64,000 nt of DNA from the NCBI GenBank assembly GCA_963719025.1, contig CAVRBK010000056.1, positions 5,907-69,906 of the forward strand, read 5' to 3'. A program made the translations under genes and the position numbers. Source of the DNA: an uncultured Gammaproteobacteria bacterium. GTDB lineage: Bacteria > Pseudomonadota > Gammaproteobacteria > Chromatiales > Chromatiaceae. Of this stretch, positions 48,401-60,505 are shown piece by piece (position 1 is the first letter of the stretch; every line of letters begins with the position of its first letter). The notes under the pieces are model-generated. The model did not search any database and was not told where the DNA came from. It worked only from the letters and a program-made list of their open reading frames with translations.

Positions 48401-49785
48401 GCGATGTTGAGTACCGTCGGGCCAAGGCGGCCCAGGGTGGACTGCTGATCGTCAAGGATGTCGATAATGTCGCCTTCGGCGACCGTGTCCGGATCCGCGA
48501 TCACCAGGGGCGAACACGCAACGGCCAGGTCATTCTGTCGGCCGAGCACGAAACCCTGATCCAGGTGTTTGAAGGCACGGATGATCTGGATCTGGAGAAC
48601 ACCTGGGTGCGTTTTCTCGACGAACCGCTGACCCTGACGGTCAGCCCGGGACTGCTCGGGCGCGTATTCAACGGCATCGGTGACCCAAGCGACGATCGCC
48701 CGCCGATTGTCGACGGCGAGGCGCGTGGGATCAGTGGCTCGGCCATCAACCCGGCCGCACGCAACTACCCACGCGAATTCATCCAGACCGGCATCTCCAC
48801 GATCGACGGCCTCAACTCGCTGGTTCGAGGGCAGAAGCTGCCGATCTTCTCGGCGTCAGGACTGCCGCATAACCGGCTTGCGGCGCAGATCGTCCGCCAG
48901 GCACGCCTGCCCGGCGAGGCCAGCAACTTCGCCATCGTGTTCGCCGCGATGGGCGTGTCCTATACCGATGCACGCTTCTTCCGCGAGTCGTTCTCCGATT
49001 CGGGGGTACTCGGCAACGTGGTGATGTTCATCAACCATGCCGATGATCCGCCGGTCGAACGACTGGCGCTGCCACGCGTGGCGCTTACCGCAGCCGAATA
49101 CCTCGCCTTCGACCTCGACCGCCACGTGCTCGTGGTCATGACCGACATGACCCACTACGCCGAGGCACTGCGCGAGGTCGCGACCGCCAAGGGCGACGTA
49201 CCGGCACGCAAAGGCTATCCCGGCTACCTGTATTCAGACCTGGCGGAGATCTACGAACGTTCGGGGCGGATCCAGAATCGCCATGGCTCGGTCACGATGG
49301 TCCCGGTCGTCTCCATGCCATCGGACGACATCACCCACCCGATCCCCGATCTCACCGGTTACATCACCGAGGGGCAGATCGTGCTGTCGCGCGAACTCAA
49401 CAACCAGGGCATCTACCCGCCGGTGGACATCGCGCCCTCCCTGTCGCGCCTGATGAAAGACGGGATCGGCAAGGACGACACGCGTGACGACCACCCGCGC
49501 GTTGCCAACCAGCTGTATGCGCTGTACGCCAAGGCGCAGGAGGCGCGCAACCTCGCATCGATCATCGGCGCGGAAGAACTGTCCGCCCGCGACCAGCGCT
49601 ACCTGGAATTTGCCGGCGACTTCGATGCCCACTTTGTCGGCCAGGGTGAAGACGAGAACCGCAGCGTCATCGAAACCCTGAACCTCGCCTGGGAGCTGCT
49701 GTCACGCTTCCCTCGAGAGGCCCTCACCCGGGTCAGCGAGACCGACCTGGCGCACTATCATCGTTCCGGTGAAGCGGCAGCATGA
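48397..49785 (+). CDS. ntpB: V/A-type ATPase subunit B
   Basis: IQTGISTIDG, RGQKLPIFSASGLPHN, GYPGYLYSDL, DDITHPIPDLTGYITEGQ and PSLSRLM. Confidence 0.98.
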   Translation: MSDVEYRRAKAAQGGLLIVKDVDNVAFGDRVRIRDHQGRTRNGQVILSAEHETLIQVFEGTDDLDLENTWVRFLDEPLTLTVSPGLLGRVFNGIGDPSDDRPPIVDGEARGISGSAINPAARNYPREFIQTGISTIDGLNSLVRGQKLPIFSASGLPHNRLAAQIVRQARLPGEASNFAIVFAAMGVSYTDARFFRESFSDSGVLGNVVMFINHADDPPVERLALPRVALTAAEYLAFDLDRHVLVVMTDMTHYAEALREVATAKGDVPARKGYPGYLYSDLAEIYERSGRIQNRHGSVTMVPVVSMPSDDITHPIPDLTGYITEGQIVLSRELNNQGIYPPVDIAPSLSRLMKDGIGKDDTRDDHPRVANQLYALYAKAQEARNLASIIGAEELSARDQRYLEFAGDFDAHFVGQGEDENRSVIETLNLAWELLSRFPREALTRVSETDLAHYHRSGEAAA

Positions 49786-50414
49786 GCCGTCTGCGCATAA
49801 CGCCGACCAAGAGCGCCCTGCTCAACCTGCGTAAGCAGGTCAAGTTTCTTGAGGTCGGTCACGCCCTGCTCGAGCGCAAACGTGACCTGCTGACACGACT
49901 GGTCTATCAGCACATCAAGGAATACCAGGAGAAGAAACACGCCGCGCGCGACGCGCTCGGCCAGGCCTATCGCTGGCTGAGTATCGCGCAACTGCGCATG
50001 GGTGACCGGGGCATTGCCCAGGCAACACTCGGCGCGGCGCCCTCGACCCGTATGAAGGTCTTGCCGCGGCGCTCACTGGGTGTGCAATATCCATCAGTCG
50101 AGGCCGCCATTGTTGCCCCCCAGCCGGTTGGCCTGCTTGGCACCGACCCGAGTTTTGACGAGGCGCATAGTGCGTTTGCCGAGGCATCCGTGCGCCTGGC
50201 AGAACTGGCCGCGGTCGAAATGGCGCTGTACCGGCTTATCAGCGAACAGCGCAAGGCACAGAAGCGGGTGAACGCACTGAAGTACAACATCATCCCGTCG
50301 TACCGAACCGGGATCAAAAAGATCTCAGAGGCCCTCGAAGAGGAAGAACGCGGAACCCTGTTCCAGATCAAACGGCTGCGCGATGCCAGCCAGCGAAAAA
50401 AGAAGCGGGCCTGA
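49782..50414 (+). CDS. ntpD: V/A-type ATPase subunit D
   Basis: PTKSALLNL, GHALLERKRDLL, KRVNALKYNIIP and LEEEERGTLFQIK. Confidence 0.96.
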   Translation: MSRLRITPTKSALLNLRKQVKFLEVGHALLERKRDLLTRLVYQHIKEYQEKKHAARDALGQAYRWLSIAQLRMGDRGIAQATLGAAPSTRMKVLPRRSLGVQYPSVEAAIVAPQPVGLLGTDPSFDEAHSAFAEASVRLAELAAVEMALYRLISEQRKAQKRVNALKYNIIPSYRTGIKKISEALEEEERGTLFQIKRLRDASQRKKKRA

Positions 50415-50431
50415 CCGGCATATTCAGGCCG

Positions 50432-50863
50432 TCAGCGTTTGCGCTGCGGCCGATCGTCCGCGTCGGCCTGTTCTTTCTTTTCCTGATCCTTGCGCTCGGC
50501 CGAACGCATTCTGTCGATGGCATTCTCCATCGCCTTGGTCTTGGTATAACGACCACGCCAATCCTGCTTGCTGCTGTCGAAGTCCTGTTGCGAGCTCGCA
50601 ACGATCTCTTTCTGCTGCTCGATCGCGGCCTCGAGTTTCGCGATAAACACCTGGTACTCGACAATCTGATTGCTTGGCAGGCCATTGCGCGCCGCGCTGG
50701 CAAAACGTTGCAGGTACTCCTGGTGATACTGCTGTAATTCGGCCAGGCGCTGCATCGCCGAGTCGCGTTGCTTGATCGACTGGCCGAGCGCAGCGGCCGC
50801 TTTCCGCTCTTTCTGCGACGCGACCTTGTGAATCGGTTTGAAACGGTCTGAGGGCGGGGCCAT
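50432..50863 (-). CDS. fliJ: Flagellar export protein FliJ
   Basis: RLAELQQYHQEY, YQVFIAKLEAAIEQQ and KEQADAD; follows fliI. Confidence 0.93.
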   Translation of the reverse strand: MAPPSDRFKPIHKVASQKERKAAAALGQSIKQRDSAMQRLAELQQYHQEYLQRFASAARNGLPSNQIVEYQVFIAKLEAAIEQQKEIVASSQQDFDSSKQDWRGRYTKTKAMENAIDRMRSAERKDQEKKEQADADDRPQRKR

Positions 50864-50869
50864 CGCTGA

Positions 50870-52243
50870 TTACCCCATTCCTTCCGCAACCGGCAGGGTT
50901 TCCTGCGGGAACAGCGTGGTCAGATCGTCGAGACTGTCGTTCAGGTCGAAGCGCACATGCATGTCCTGGTGCAGGAACTCACGCAAAGACGGCATCGCAC
51001 CGATCGCCAGATCGATCTGATCGTTCGATCCAAGCTCGTAGGCACCGACCGAGATCAGATCGCGGTTCTGCTCGTAGAGACTGTAGAGCTTCTTGAATTC
51101 ACGGGCCGCACGCTGATGATCCGGATCGGTAATGTCGTTCATCGCGCGGCTGACCGATGCCTCGATATCGATCGCCGGATACTGCCCGGATTCGGCCAGG
51201 CGCCGCGACAGCACGATATGACCATCGAGAATTGCCCTGGCGGCATCCGCGATGGGGTCATTCTGATCATCGCCCTCGACCAGCACAGTATAGAACGCCG
51301 TAATCGAGCCACCGCCACGATCACCGTTACCGGCCCGTTCGACAAGCTGCGGGAGCTTGGCAAACACCGACGGCGGATAGCCCTTGGTGGCCGGCGGTTC
51401 GTTGATCGCCAGACCGATCTCGCGCTGCGCCTGGGCAAACCGCGTCAGTGAATCCATCAGCAGCAGGACATGCTTGCCCTGGTCGCGGAAATACTCGGCG
51501 ATCGAGGTCGCCAGCATCGCCCCATGCATCCGCCTCAGCGGCGGTTGGTCCGCGGGAACAGCCACCACGACGGCACGCGACAGGCCGTCCTCTCCGAGAA
51601 TGTTATCGACAAACTCCTTGACCTCCCGGCCACGCTCGCCGATCAGGCCGACCACGACGACATCCGCATTGGTGTAGCGCGTCATCATGCCGAGCAATAC
51701 CGACTTGCCGACACCCGAGCCGGCGAACAGTCCGAGACGCTGGCCGCGCCCGACGCTCAGCAAGGCGTTGATCGCACGGATACCGACATCCAGTGGCTGG
51801 CGGATCGGTGCCCGCGCCAGTGGATTGATGTACCCGCCATTCAAAGGCCAGCGTTTCACGGTGTGCAGGATGCCCTTGCCATCGAGTGGACGACCACTGC
51901 CATCGATGATCCGTCCGAGCAGTTCATCACCGACCGATGCCTCACTGACGCGTCCGCTAGGGACTACCCGGGCATCGGGTTCGAGTCCACGGATATCACC
52001 GGTCGGCATCAGGTACAGGCTTTCGCCGGCAAAGCCGACCACCTCGGCCTCAACCGACCGGCCGGCTGCGTTGACCACGTCGCAGCGACCACCGATTGCC
52101 GCGCGGCAACCGACCGCTTCGAGCGTCAGCCCCACCATGCGCGTGAGCTTTCCTTCGACCACCAGCCCGCGCGATCCACCGATCCGTTCGTTCATGCGAC
52201 GGATTCGCGAGGCCCATATCGGGTTACGTTCAAGCTCAGGCAT
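50870..52243 (-). CDS. fliI: Flagellar export ATPase FliI
   Basis: [48 protein letters not shown] and [11 protein letters not shown]. Confidence 0.98.
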   Translation of the reverse strand: MPELERNPIWASRIRRMNERIGGSRGLVVEGKLTRMVGLTLEAVGCRAAIGGRCDVVNAAGRSVEAEVVGFAGESLYLMPTGDIRGLEPDARVVPSGRVSEASVGDELLGRIIDGSGRPLDGKGILHTVKRWPLNGGYINPLARAPIRQPLDVGIRAINALLSVGRGQRLGLFAGSGVGKSVLLGMMTRYTNADVVVVGLIGERGREVKEFVDNILGEDGLSRAVVVAVPADQPPLRRMHGAMLATSIAEYFRDQGKHVLLLMDSLTRFAQAQREIGLAINEPPATKGYPPSVFAKLPQLVERAGNGDRGGGSITAFYTVLVEGDDQNDPIADAARAILDGHIVLSRRLAESGQYPAIDIEASVSRAMNDITDPDHQRAAREFKKLYSLYEQNRDLISVGAYELGSNDQIDLAIGAMPSLREFLHQDMHVRFDLNDSLDDLTTLFPQETLPVAEGMG

Positions 52244-52931
52244 CGGGACTCTCCGATTCCTCACTGTCACGCTGCCGCTCACCAGCCAGCAGGGGCGCAA
52301 TCAGGCTGTTGAGGCGCGAGTCGAGGGTCGCATCGATCTGCGAGGTGTCGGTATGTATGCGGCAACCGCCGCGTTGAATGACCGGATCTTCGAAGATCTG
52401 CCACTTCTGGTCATGTTCGCCAAGCGTGTAGGCCTCGCGCACCAACTCGGCATCCTCCGGATGCAGCATCACGCGGATGTTGCGCGCGCCGACCGGCAGG
52501 ATGCCGAGCGCCTCGCGAACCACCCCGACGATCTGGCCCGGGTCCAGCTTCACCTCGCGTCGGATCAATTGACGAACCATGTTGATCACCAGCGTAACGA
52601 TCTCGCTCTCGACCTGCTGATCGAGTTGTTCGAAGGGCTTGTCGAGTGATGCGAGAATCGTATCCAGCTGCCCGGTACGCTCGCGAATCGCGGCACGCCC
52701 CTCTTCGAGTCCTTCGCGATGGCCGTATGTCTGGCCCTCTTTGCGACCCTGTTCGAAACCCTCGGCATGGGCTGCCTTCTGAATGTCGTTCAGCTGGCCC
52801 GCCGTCATCAACTCGGAGGGGGCATCGCCAGGGCGCTCGTCGATGTTGCGCACATGCGGTGGCTGCCACGCGCGCACCTCGGACGGGCCGGGTCGGATCA
52901 CATCGGTACCACCCTTTCTGTTCCTGTTCAT
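52236..52931 (-). CDS. fliH: Flagellar assembly protein FliH
   Basis: AxxxGxxxGxxxG repeats, LHPED and RGGCRI...IDATL. Confidence 0.95.
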   Translation of the reverse strand: MNRNRKGGTDVIRPGPSEVRAWQPPHVRNIDERPGDAPSELMTAGQLNDIQKAAHAEGFEQGRKEGQTYGHREGLEEGRAAIRERTGQLDTILASLDKPFEQLDQQVESEIVTLVINMVRQLIRREVKLDPGQIVGVVREALGILPVGARNIRVMLHPEDAELVREAYTLGEHDQKWQIFEDPVIQRGGCRIHTDTSQIDATLDSRLNSLIAPLLAGERQRDSEESESPDA

Positions 52932-52942
52932 CGCGCGCAGCC

Positions 52943-53980
52943 CTAGACGAACTCTTCGCCGCCGCCACCGCCGAGGTTGATCTCACCGGCATCGGAAAGG
53001 CGGCGGGCCACCGTAAGGATCTCTTTCTGCGAGGCCTCGACATCGCTGAGCTTGGCCGGGGGCGCCGCCTCGAGGTCGTCCTTGAGCATCTCGGCCGCCC
53101 GTGAAGACATGTTCTTGAAGATCTTGTCGCGTAGTGGATCTGGCGCCCCGCGCAGGGCCAGCAGCAGCTGATCAGACGACACCTCGCGCAGCAGGGTCTG
53201 CATGCCGCGGTCATCGATATCGATCAGGTTATCGAACACAAACATATTGTCCTGAATCTGTTGCGAGAGCTCCTCGTCGGCGTCGTTGATCTGTTCGATC
53301 ACCTTGCTCTCGATGGCCCCGTCGACGAAATTGAGGATATCGGCGGCCTTCTTGATGCCGCCTATTGCCGACGACTTGACGTTGGTCCCGCCGGCAAACT
53401 GTTTTTCGAGGATCTCATCGAGCTCCTGCAGCGCCGCGGGCTGAATCCCGTCGAGCGTCGCGACCCGCATCATCACATCGGTACGTGCCTGTTCCGGAAA
53501 CTCCGATATCACGCCGGCCGCCTGGTCGGGGTCGAGAAACGACAGGACGATCGCAATGATCTGCGGATGTTCGAGGCGGATCAGTTCCGCGATGGCTCGC
53601 GGGTCCATCCATTTCAGCTGCTCGAGCCCCTTGCTGTTGCGGCCCAGAAGAATCCGGTCGATGATGCTGCCGGCCTTGTCCGAGCCAAGGGCCGAGGTCA
53701 GCATATTGCGGATGTATTCGTCCGATCCCATACCCAGCGAAGTCTGTTCGCCGATCGTACCGACGAACTTCTGCATCACCAGTTCCATCTGGGAGTTGGT
53801 GATATTGCTCAGACTGGCCATGGCCAGGCCGATCTCCTGCACCTCTTTCGGGCCCATGTGCTTGAGGATCTCGGCGGCATGCTGCTCACCGAGCCCCAGC
53901 ATCAGCAGGGCGGAACGCTCCAGTCCCGACAGGTTTTTAACCGCTTGAGCGTCTTGCGTATTGCTGGCTTGCGCGTCCAT
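52943..53980 (-). CDS. fliG: Flagellar motor switch protein FliG
   Basis: EHPQIIAIVL, MFVFDNL, NMSSRAAEMLKDD and GGGGEEFV; alternative start at 53998. Confidence 0.97.
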   Translation of the reverse strand: MDAQASNTQDAQAVKNLSGLERSALLMLGLGEQHAAEILKHMGPKEVQEIGLAMASLSNITNSQMELVMQKFVGTIGEQTSLGMGSDEYIRNMLTSALGSDKAGSIIDRILLGRNSKGLEQLKWMDPRAIAELIRLEHPQIIAIVLSFLDPDQAAGVISEFPEQARTDVMMRVATLDGIQPAALQELDEILEKQFAGGTNVKSSAIGGIKKAADILNFVDGAIESKVIEQINDADEELSQQIQDNMFVFDNLIDIDDRGMQTLLREVSSDQLLLALRGAPDPLRDKIFKNMSSRAAEMLKDDLEAAPPAKLSDVEASQKEILTVARRLSDAGEINLGGGGGEEFV

Positions 53981-53981
53981 G

Positions 53982-55673
53982 TCAGGCCGCTCCCTCATTC
54001 ACCCAGGTCTTGACCAACTGGGCGACACGTTTGGGATCTTCCTCCACCAGTTGGCGCGCTGCATCCATGATATTTTCGTACTTGCCGCCACCCGGCAGAT
54101 GAACCGGCTCACCGTCCGCGCCAAGCAGCAGGCCTGCATCGTCGGCCATCGCACCGCCAGCCCCGAGCGGCCCATCAACCCGTGCGCCCTCAGCGTCCGA
54201 CCCGCCGGCCGCACCAGCGAGTTCGGCATGCGTCGAGGTCAGGCGCTTCATGGTCGGCTTGAGCACAAAGAAGATCAGGATCAGCACCAGCAGCAGACCA
54301 CCCACCTGCTTGATGATGTCGAGGAACCAGCCCTGCTCCCAGATCGGCGTCTCGGGCAGATCGGCGATCGGCTCCGGGCTGAGGAACGAACTGTTCATGA
54401 CCCGCACACTGTCACCACGTCGCACGTCAAATCCAACCGCCTCGCGAACCAGGTCGGTCAGACGCTCGATCTCCTCGGGGGTGCGCTCGCGTACCGAGAG
54501 ATTGCCCTCGCCATCAACCTTCGAAATGTCGTCGACCACCACGGCCACCGACAGGCGGCGCAGTGCGTTTGGCGACATCCGTGTGTGACTGATAACCCGG
54601 TCAAGTTCGAAGTTGCGGGTCGACTGACGGCTGGAGTTGAGCGATCCGCCCTGCTCTCCCCCGGCACCACCCGCACCACCGGCGACCTCTGGCGCGGCAC
54701 CGGCAGCCGGCGGCTGGTTGGTCAGCGCGCCCGGCACACCGCCAGCGCCCAGACCGCGCGAATTCTCCTCGTTGAGCTGCTCGCTGCGCAGTGCCGGTTG
54801 ATCCGGGTTGTATCGTTCCTGGGTCTGCTCGGTGACCGTAAAGTCGACCTCGGCGGTCACCTGCGCGCGCACCTTGTCGCGACCCACGATCGGCGCAAGC
54901 AGTCTTTCGATACGCTCGCGGAAATGGGTTTCGATGCGGCGGGTGTGCTCGAACTGGGTGGCGGACAGCTTCATCTCGCGGCTCTCCGGATCGCCGCTGA
55001 GCAAGCGGCCCTTGTGATCCACCACCGTCACCCGCCCCGGGTTGAGCTCCGGCACGCTGGACGCAACCAGGTGCACGATCGCCTCGACCTGGCTGTCTTC
55101 GAGCATCCGACCGCTGTGCATCCGAATCGCGACCGACGCCGTCGGCGGCTGGCGCTTGCGCACGAACACCGACTGCTTGGGAATCGCCAGGTGCACCCGC
55201 GCACTCTGAATTGCGCCGATGGTCGAGATGGTGCGTGCAAGTTCACCCTGCATCGCCTGCTGGTAACGTGCCTTCTCGACGATCTGGCTGGTACCGAAAC
55301 CCGTGTCCTGCTGCAACAATTCGAATCCCATGCCAACGCTGTTCGGCAGGCCCTGGCTGGCCAGTTGCATACGGATCTCTTTGAGCTTCGCCGAGGGCAC
55401 CATAAGCATGCCGCTGGCCTCATCCACCTTGTAGCTGACACCCGCCTGCTGCAAAGCCTCCATCACCTGGCTGGCATCTTTCTCTGCCATGTCACCGTAA
55501 ATCGGTGCGAAACTCGGTGCCTGCGACCACAGTACGACGGCCACGCCGAGCGCAACGCTCGCCGCAATACCGACCATCACCGCGACCTGTCGCAGCCACG
55601 GATTCTCCGTGATCACGGCCATGCCGCCGACATCGGTCGACGGAAGATTGCTGGGATTTGCTGCGTCGGCCAT
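53982..55673 (-). CDS. fliF: Flagellar MS-ring protein FliF
   Basis: GFELL...GFGTS, GELARTI, ARVHLAIPK, ASSVP, GGVPGALTNQPP, RLSVAVVVD and GFD..RGD. Confidence 0.97.
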   Translation of the reverse strand: MADAANPSNLPSTDVGGMAVITENPWLRQVAVMVGIAASVALGVAVVLWSQAPSFAPIYGDMAEKDASQVMEALQQAGVSYKVDEASGMLMVPSAKLKEIRMQLASQGLPNSVGMGFELLQQDTGFGTSQIVEKARYQQAMQGELARTISTIGAIQSARVHLAIPKQSVFVRKRQPPTASVAIRMHSGRMLEDSQVEAIVHLVASSVPELNPGRVTVVDHKGRLLSGDPESREMKLSATQFEHTRRIETHFRERIERLLAPIVGRDKVRAQVTAEVDFTVTEQTQERYNPDQPALRSEQLNEENSRGLGAGGVPGALTNQPPAAGAAPEVAGGAGGAGGEQGGSLNSSRQSTRNFELDRVISHTRMSPNALRRLSVAVVVDDISKVDGEGNLSVRERTPEEIERLTDLVREAVGFDVRRGDSVRVMNSSFLSPEPIADLPETPIWEQGWFLDIIKQVGGLLLVLILIFFVLKPTMKRLTSTHAELAGAAGGSDAEGARVDGPLGAGGAMADDAGLLLGADGEPVHLPGGGKYENIMDAARQLVEEDPKRVAQLVKTWVNEGAA

Positions 55674-55719
55674 GTCTTCAATCTGCCTGTTGTTGGATCA
55701 GTGCGTGGAACATGCGTAT

Positions 55720-56034
55720 TCAGATCGGCATATTCTTGATGTCTTTGTAGGCCTCGACGAGTTTGTTTCTTACCTCGACCATGGCCTGAAAAGAGATGCT
55801 GGATTTCTGTACCGCGATCATCACCTCGGCCAGGTCGAGTCCCTGTTCACCCTGCTCGAAGGAGGTCTTCATCACACTCGCCTTCTGCTGTGTCTCGTTC
55901 ACCGCCTCGATCGATTTTTTCAGCAGATCGTTGAAATTCGATGCCGGTGCCTCCTCGACGGCGGCCCCACCCATTGCCTGGGCGCGGGCAACCCGCATCT
56001 GTGCAAGAACCTGATTGATTTCCGGAGTACTCAT
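55720..56034 (-). CDS. fliE: Flagellar hook-basal body protein FliE
   Basis: [12 protein letters not shown]...[17 protein letters not shown]. Confidence 0.96.
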   Translation of the reverse strand: MSTPEINQVLAQMRVARAQAMGGAAVEEAPASNFNDLLKKSIEAVNETQQKASVMKTSFEQGEQGLDLAEVMIAVQKSSISFQAMVEVRNKLVEAYKDIKNMPI

Positions 56035-56094
56035 ATCGCTGACCTGTCGAAGTGTTCGGTTTTCTGACGCCTGGTGTCCCGCACCAGAACTGAT

Positions 56095-56110
56095 AGCAGT
56101 TTTCGCGCCA
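56095..56110 (-). promoter_or_regulatory. Sigma-54 promoter of the fliE operon
   Basis: TGGCGCGAAAACTGCT (GG-N10-GC), 60 nt upstream of fliE. Confidence 0.75.
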
Positions 56111-56112
56111 AA

Positions 56113-57475
56113 TCAGGTGCCGGGAATAGAGATGCCTGCCTCGCGCAGCTTCTGCAGCTTGTGCCGCAGGGTCCGCGGGCTGATACCGAGAATCTCGGCG
56201 GCCTGCTTGCGGCTGCCCTTGCCGTTGCGTAAGGCATCGAGAATCATTTGCTCCTCGACGTTGCGCAGGTCCTTGGTCAGGCGCCCGCGCGCCACCGTCT
56301 CGTCGGATCCCGGCGTATCGGCGTAGTGGTGCGCAACGGGGGCATCGCCGTCGAGCATTTCGAAATGGACGTCCGCCGCGCGGATACGCTCGCCGTCACA
56401 CAGGATCAGCGCGCGCTGCATGAGGTTGTCGAGCTCGCGCACATTGCCCGGCCAGCTGTGGGCCAGCAGACGCGCCTCGGCCTCGGGCTCGAAGGGCGGC
56501 AAGACCTGACCGGACCGTACATGCCGCTCCAACAGATAACGTGCCAGCGGCAGGATGTCGCGCGTGCGGTCGCGCAGCGGCGGCAGGGTCAGCGGGAAAC
56601 ACGTTGAGCCGGTAGAACAGGTCTTCGCGGAAGCGTCCGGCAGCCACCTCTTCGCGCAAGTGACGGTTGGAGGTGGCCAGCACCCGAACATCCAGCTGGA
56701 TCAGGTCCCTGCCACCGAGGCGCTCGACCTCGCGCTCCTGCAACACGCGCAGCAGCTTGGCCTGCAGAGGCAGGCTCATCTCGGAGATCTCGTCGAGCAG
56801 CAGGGTGCCGCCTTGCGCCTGTTCGAACTTGCCGGCACTGGCCCGCACCGCGCCGGTAAAGGCGCCCTTTTCGTAACCAAACAGCACGGCCTCGAGCATG
56901 TTGTCGGGGATGGCGGCGCAGTTCAGGGCGATAAAGGGTCCGTCGATCCGGGTCGAGCGATTGTGGATATAACGCGCCAGCACCTCTTTGCCGGTGCCGG
57001 ATTCACCGCCGATCATCACGGTCGCATCACTCGCGGCAACCCGATTGGCCAGCTCGACCAGCTCGCGGCTACGCAGGTCCTCCGCCAGCATCTGGCCGGT
57101 TTCCTGGAAGCGCTGCGGCAGGTAACGCTCGACCTTGTGCAGCAGGTCGTCGACCTCGAAGGGTTTTGCCAGGTAGTCGACCGCCCCCAGCTTGATCGCC
57201 TCCACCGCCTGCTCCACCGTGCCATACGCCGTCATGACCAGTACCGGCAGCTCGTGAAAGCGTGTGCGCAGATTGCGCAGCAGGGCCCGCCCGTCCATCG
57301 GTCGCATCTGTACGTCGGTCAATACCATGTCAACGGCATTGGCATCGAGCCGGGCCAGGGCCTGTTCACCATCCGTGGCGTTGACCACGTCGTAGCCGGA
57401 CAGCACCAGGGTGTCGGTGAGCGCCTGCGCCAATGCGCTGTCGTCTTCCACTACCAGAATGCGCGAAGGATTCAT
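56113..57475 (-). CDS. fleR: Sigma-54-dependent response regulator FleR/FlrC (frameshift near 56595)
   Basis: REC domain, [33 protein letters not shown] and [14 protein letters not shown]. Confidence 0.93.
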
Positions 57476-58710
57476 GAGACTTGCGTCCTCGATGTTGAAG
57501 GTTCTGCCGGCGACTCGACGAGCAGCGGCAGCTGAATATCAAAACGGGCACCACCGAGTGCCGATCGGCCCGGCAGCAGGGCACCGCCATGCTCAAGCAC
57601 AACCGCCTGAACCACGGCCAGGCCGAGACCGGTACCGCGTTCACGGGTGGTAAAAAACGGATCGAAGATGCGCGGCAGGGCCTGCGGGTCGATTCCCGGA
57701 CCGTCGTCCTCTACCGTCAGATGGATCACGTCGGACGTCTCTGCGGCATCGCCGATTTGCCCGCCTGTTCGACCGCTGATGCGACCGCTGATGCGAATGG
57801 TCACGCACTCGCCGCCGTGGTTGAGGGCATTGTCGACGAGGTTGCTCAACGCCCCGGCCAGGGCATCCAGGTTACCGCGCAGGCGGCACGCCAGCAGGGT
57901 ATCCAGATCGACCTCGACCACGGCTGCCATCTGGTGCAGTCGCGGATTGAGCCCGGCCAGGGCGGTTGTCACCGCGTCCTGGAGATAGATGGCGCTGCTG
58001 CTGAAATTGCCACCGCGGCTGAACGCCAGCATCTCGCGCACCAGGGATTCGGTATGCCGCAGGCCGGCCAGCAGCTTGTCGCTGAACTGCGCACGCTGCT
58101 CATCGCTGAGCTGGCCCTTGGCCAGCTGCCCGGCATAGAGCACGGATGTCGACAGTGGCGTGCGGACCTGGTGGGCCAGCTGCGCCGCCATCTCGCCCAT
58201 TGCACTGAGCCGGTCCTGGCGCTCCACCCTTTCCTGCAGGCGCCGTTGATCCGTGGTGTCGACCACCACCAGGATGCGCCCGCGGTCATTCAAGGGCCGA
58301 AGCGAAACGCTCACCCGACGTCCGTCGAGCAATCGCCAGTCACCCGGGGAGGGCTCGGCGGCGACAACTTCCTGCTTGACCTCGCTCCAGCGACGCCCCC
58401 AGGCGAGTCCGGGAAACAGCTGTTCGGCGGCGGGATTGAAACGGTCGACACGATCGCGCACGTCGATCAACACCACGGCGGCCGGCAGGGCCTCCAACAG
58501 GACGCCGAGTTGATCGGCCAGGTGTTCTTTCTGGGCGCGTTCGCTGAGTCTTTGCTGGCGCGAGCGCGACAGTTCCTGGGTCAGTGCGGCAACCCGACCC
58601 TCGAGTTGCCCGTAGGCACTGGCAAGGCGTTCCGAGAGCTCGTTGAACACACCAAACGCCTGTTCGAGCTGCTGCGGATCATCACTGAGGTTTGCCTGTA
58701 ACTCGCCCAT
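57472..58710 (-). CDS. fleS: PAS sensor histidine kinase FleS/FlrB
   Basis: [31 protein letters not shown] and [13 protein letters not shown]; between fleQ and fleR. Confidence 0.93.
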   Translation of the reverse strand: MGELQANLSDDPQQLEQAFGVFNELSERLASAYGQLEGRVAALTQELSRSRQQRLSERAQKEHLADQLGVLLEALPAAVVLIDVRDRVDRFNPAAEQLFPGLAWGRRWSEVKQEVVAAEPSPGDWRLLDGRRVSVSLRPLNDRGRILVVVDTTDQRRLQERVERQDRLSAMGEMAAQLAHQVRTPLSTSVLYAGQLAKGQLSDEQRAQFSDKLLAGLRHTESLVREMLAFSRGGNFSSSAIYLQDAVTTALAGLNPRLHQMAAVVEVDLDTLLACRLRGNLDALAGALSNLVDNALNHGGECVTIRISGRISGRTGGQIGDAAETSDVIHLTVEDDGPGIDPQALPRIFDPFFTTRERGTGLGLAVVQAVVLEHGGALLPGRSALGGARFDIQLPLLVESPAEPSTSRTQVS

Positions 58711-58751
58711 GTCGCCGAATCTCTTCTCCCGGAATCGTTGGGAGAGAACTC

Positions 58752-58767
58752 AGCAAGACGCGTGCCA
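58752..58767 (-). promoter_or_regulatory. Sigma-54 promoter of fleSR
   Basis: TGGCACGCGTCTTGCT, a full match to TGGCACG-N4-TTGCW. Confidence 0.88.
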
Positions 58768-58785
58768 TTCAGTGAATATCTTTAA

Positions 58786-58820
58786 AAACAACCAGTTAAG
58801 CAGGGAAGCAAACGATTACG

Positions 58821-58843
<23 letters not shown>
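58786..58843. promoter_or_regulatory. Putative IHF site plus FleQ upstream activating sequence
   Basis: AAACAACCAGTTA (1 mismatch to WATCAANNNNTTR) at 58786-58798; GTCA-N7-GTCA-N5-TGGC at 58820-58843. Confidence 0.45.
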
Positions 58844-60302
<1,459 letters not shown>

Positions 60303-60360
60303 GCAACCGGCTCCACTGTGTATGTGGTTCAAATAAACGCTGAAAGTGCTTGTTTTTTCT

Positions 60361-60390
60361 AAGTTAAGCACGAGATTACTGGAATGTCAA
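60361..60390 (-). promoter_or_regulatory. Sigma-70 promoter of fleQ
   Basis: TTGACA-N18-TAACTT in an AT-rich intergenic region. Confidence 0.55.
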
Positions 60391-60505
60391 AATTACGTCA
60401 GATTACATTTTTTTAACATTCACAATAATCCCTACCGATGCTTGACAGCACTACCCCCGGCGCTTGCATCATAGCGATTGTGCGCAACCATCCGGATCCC
60501 TCCCG

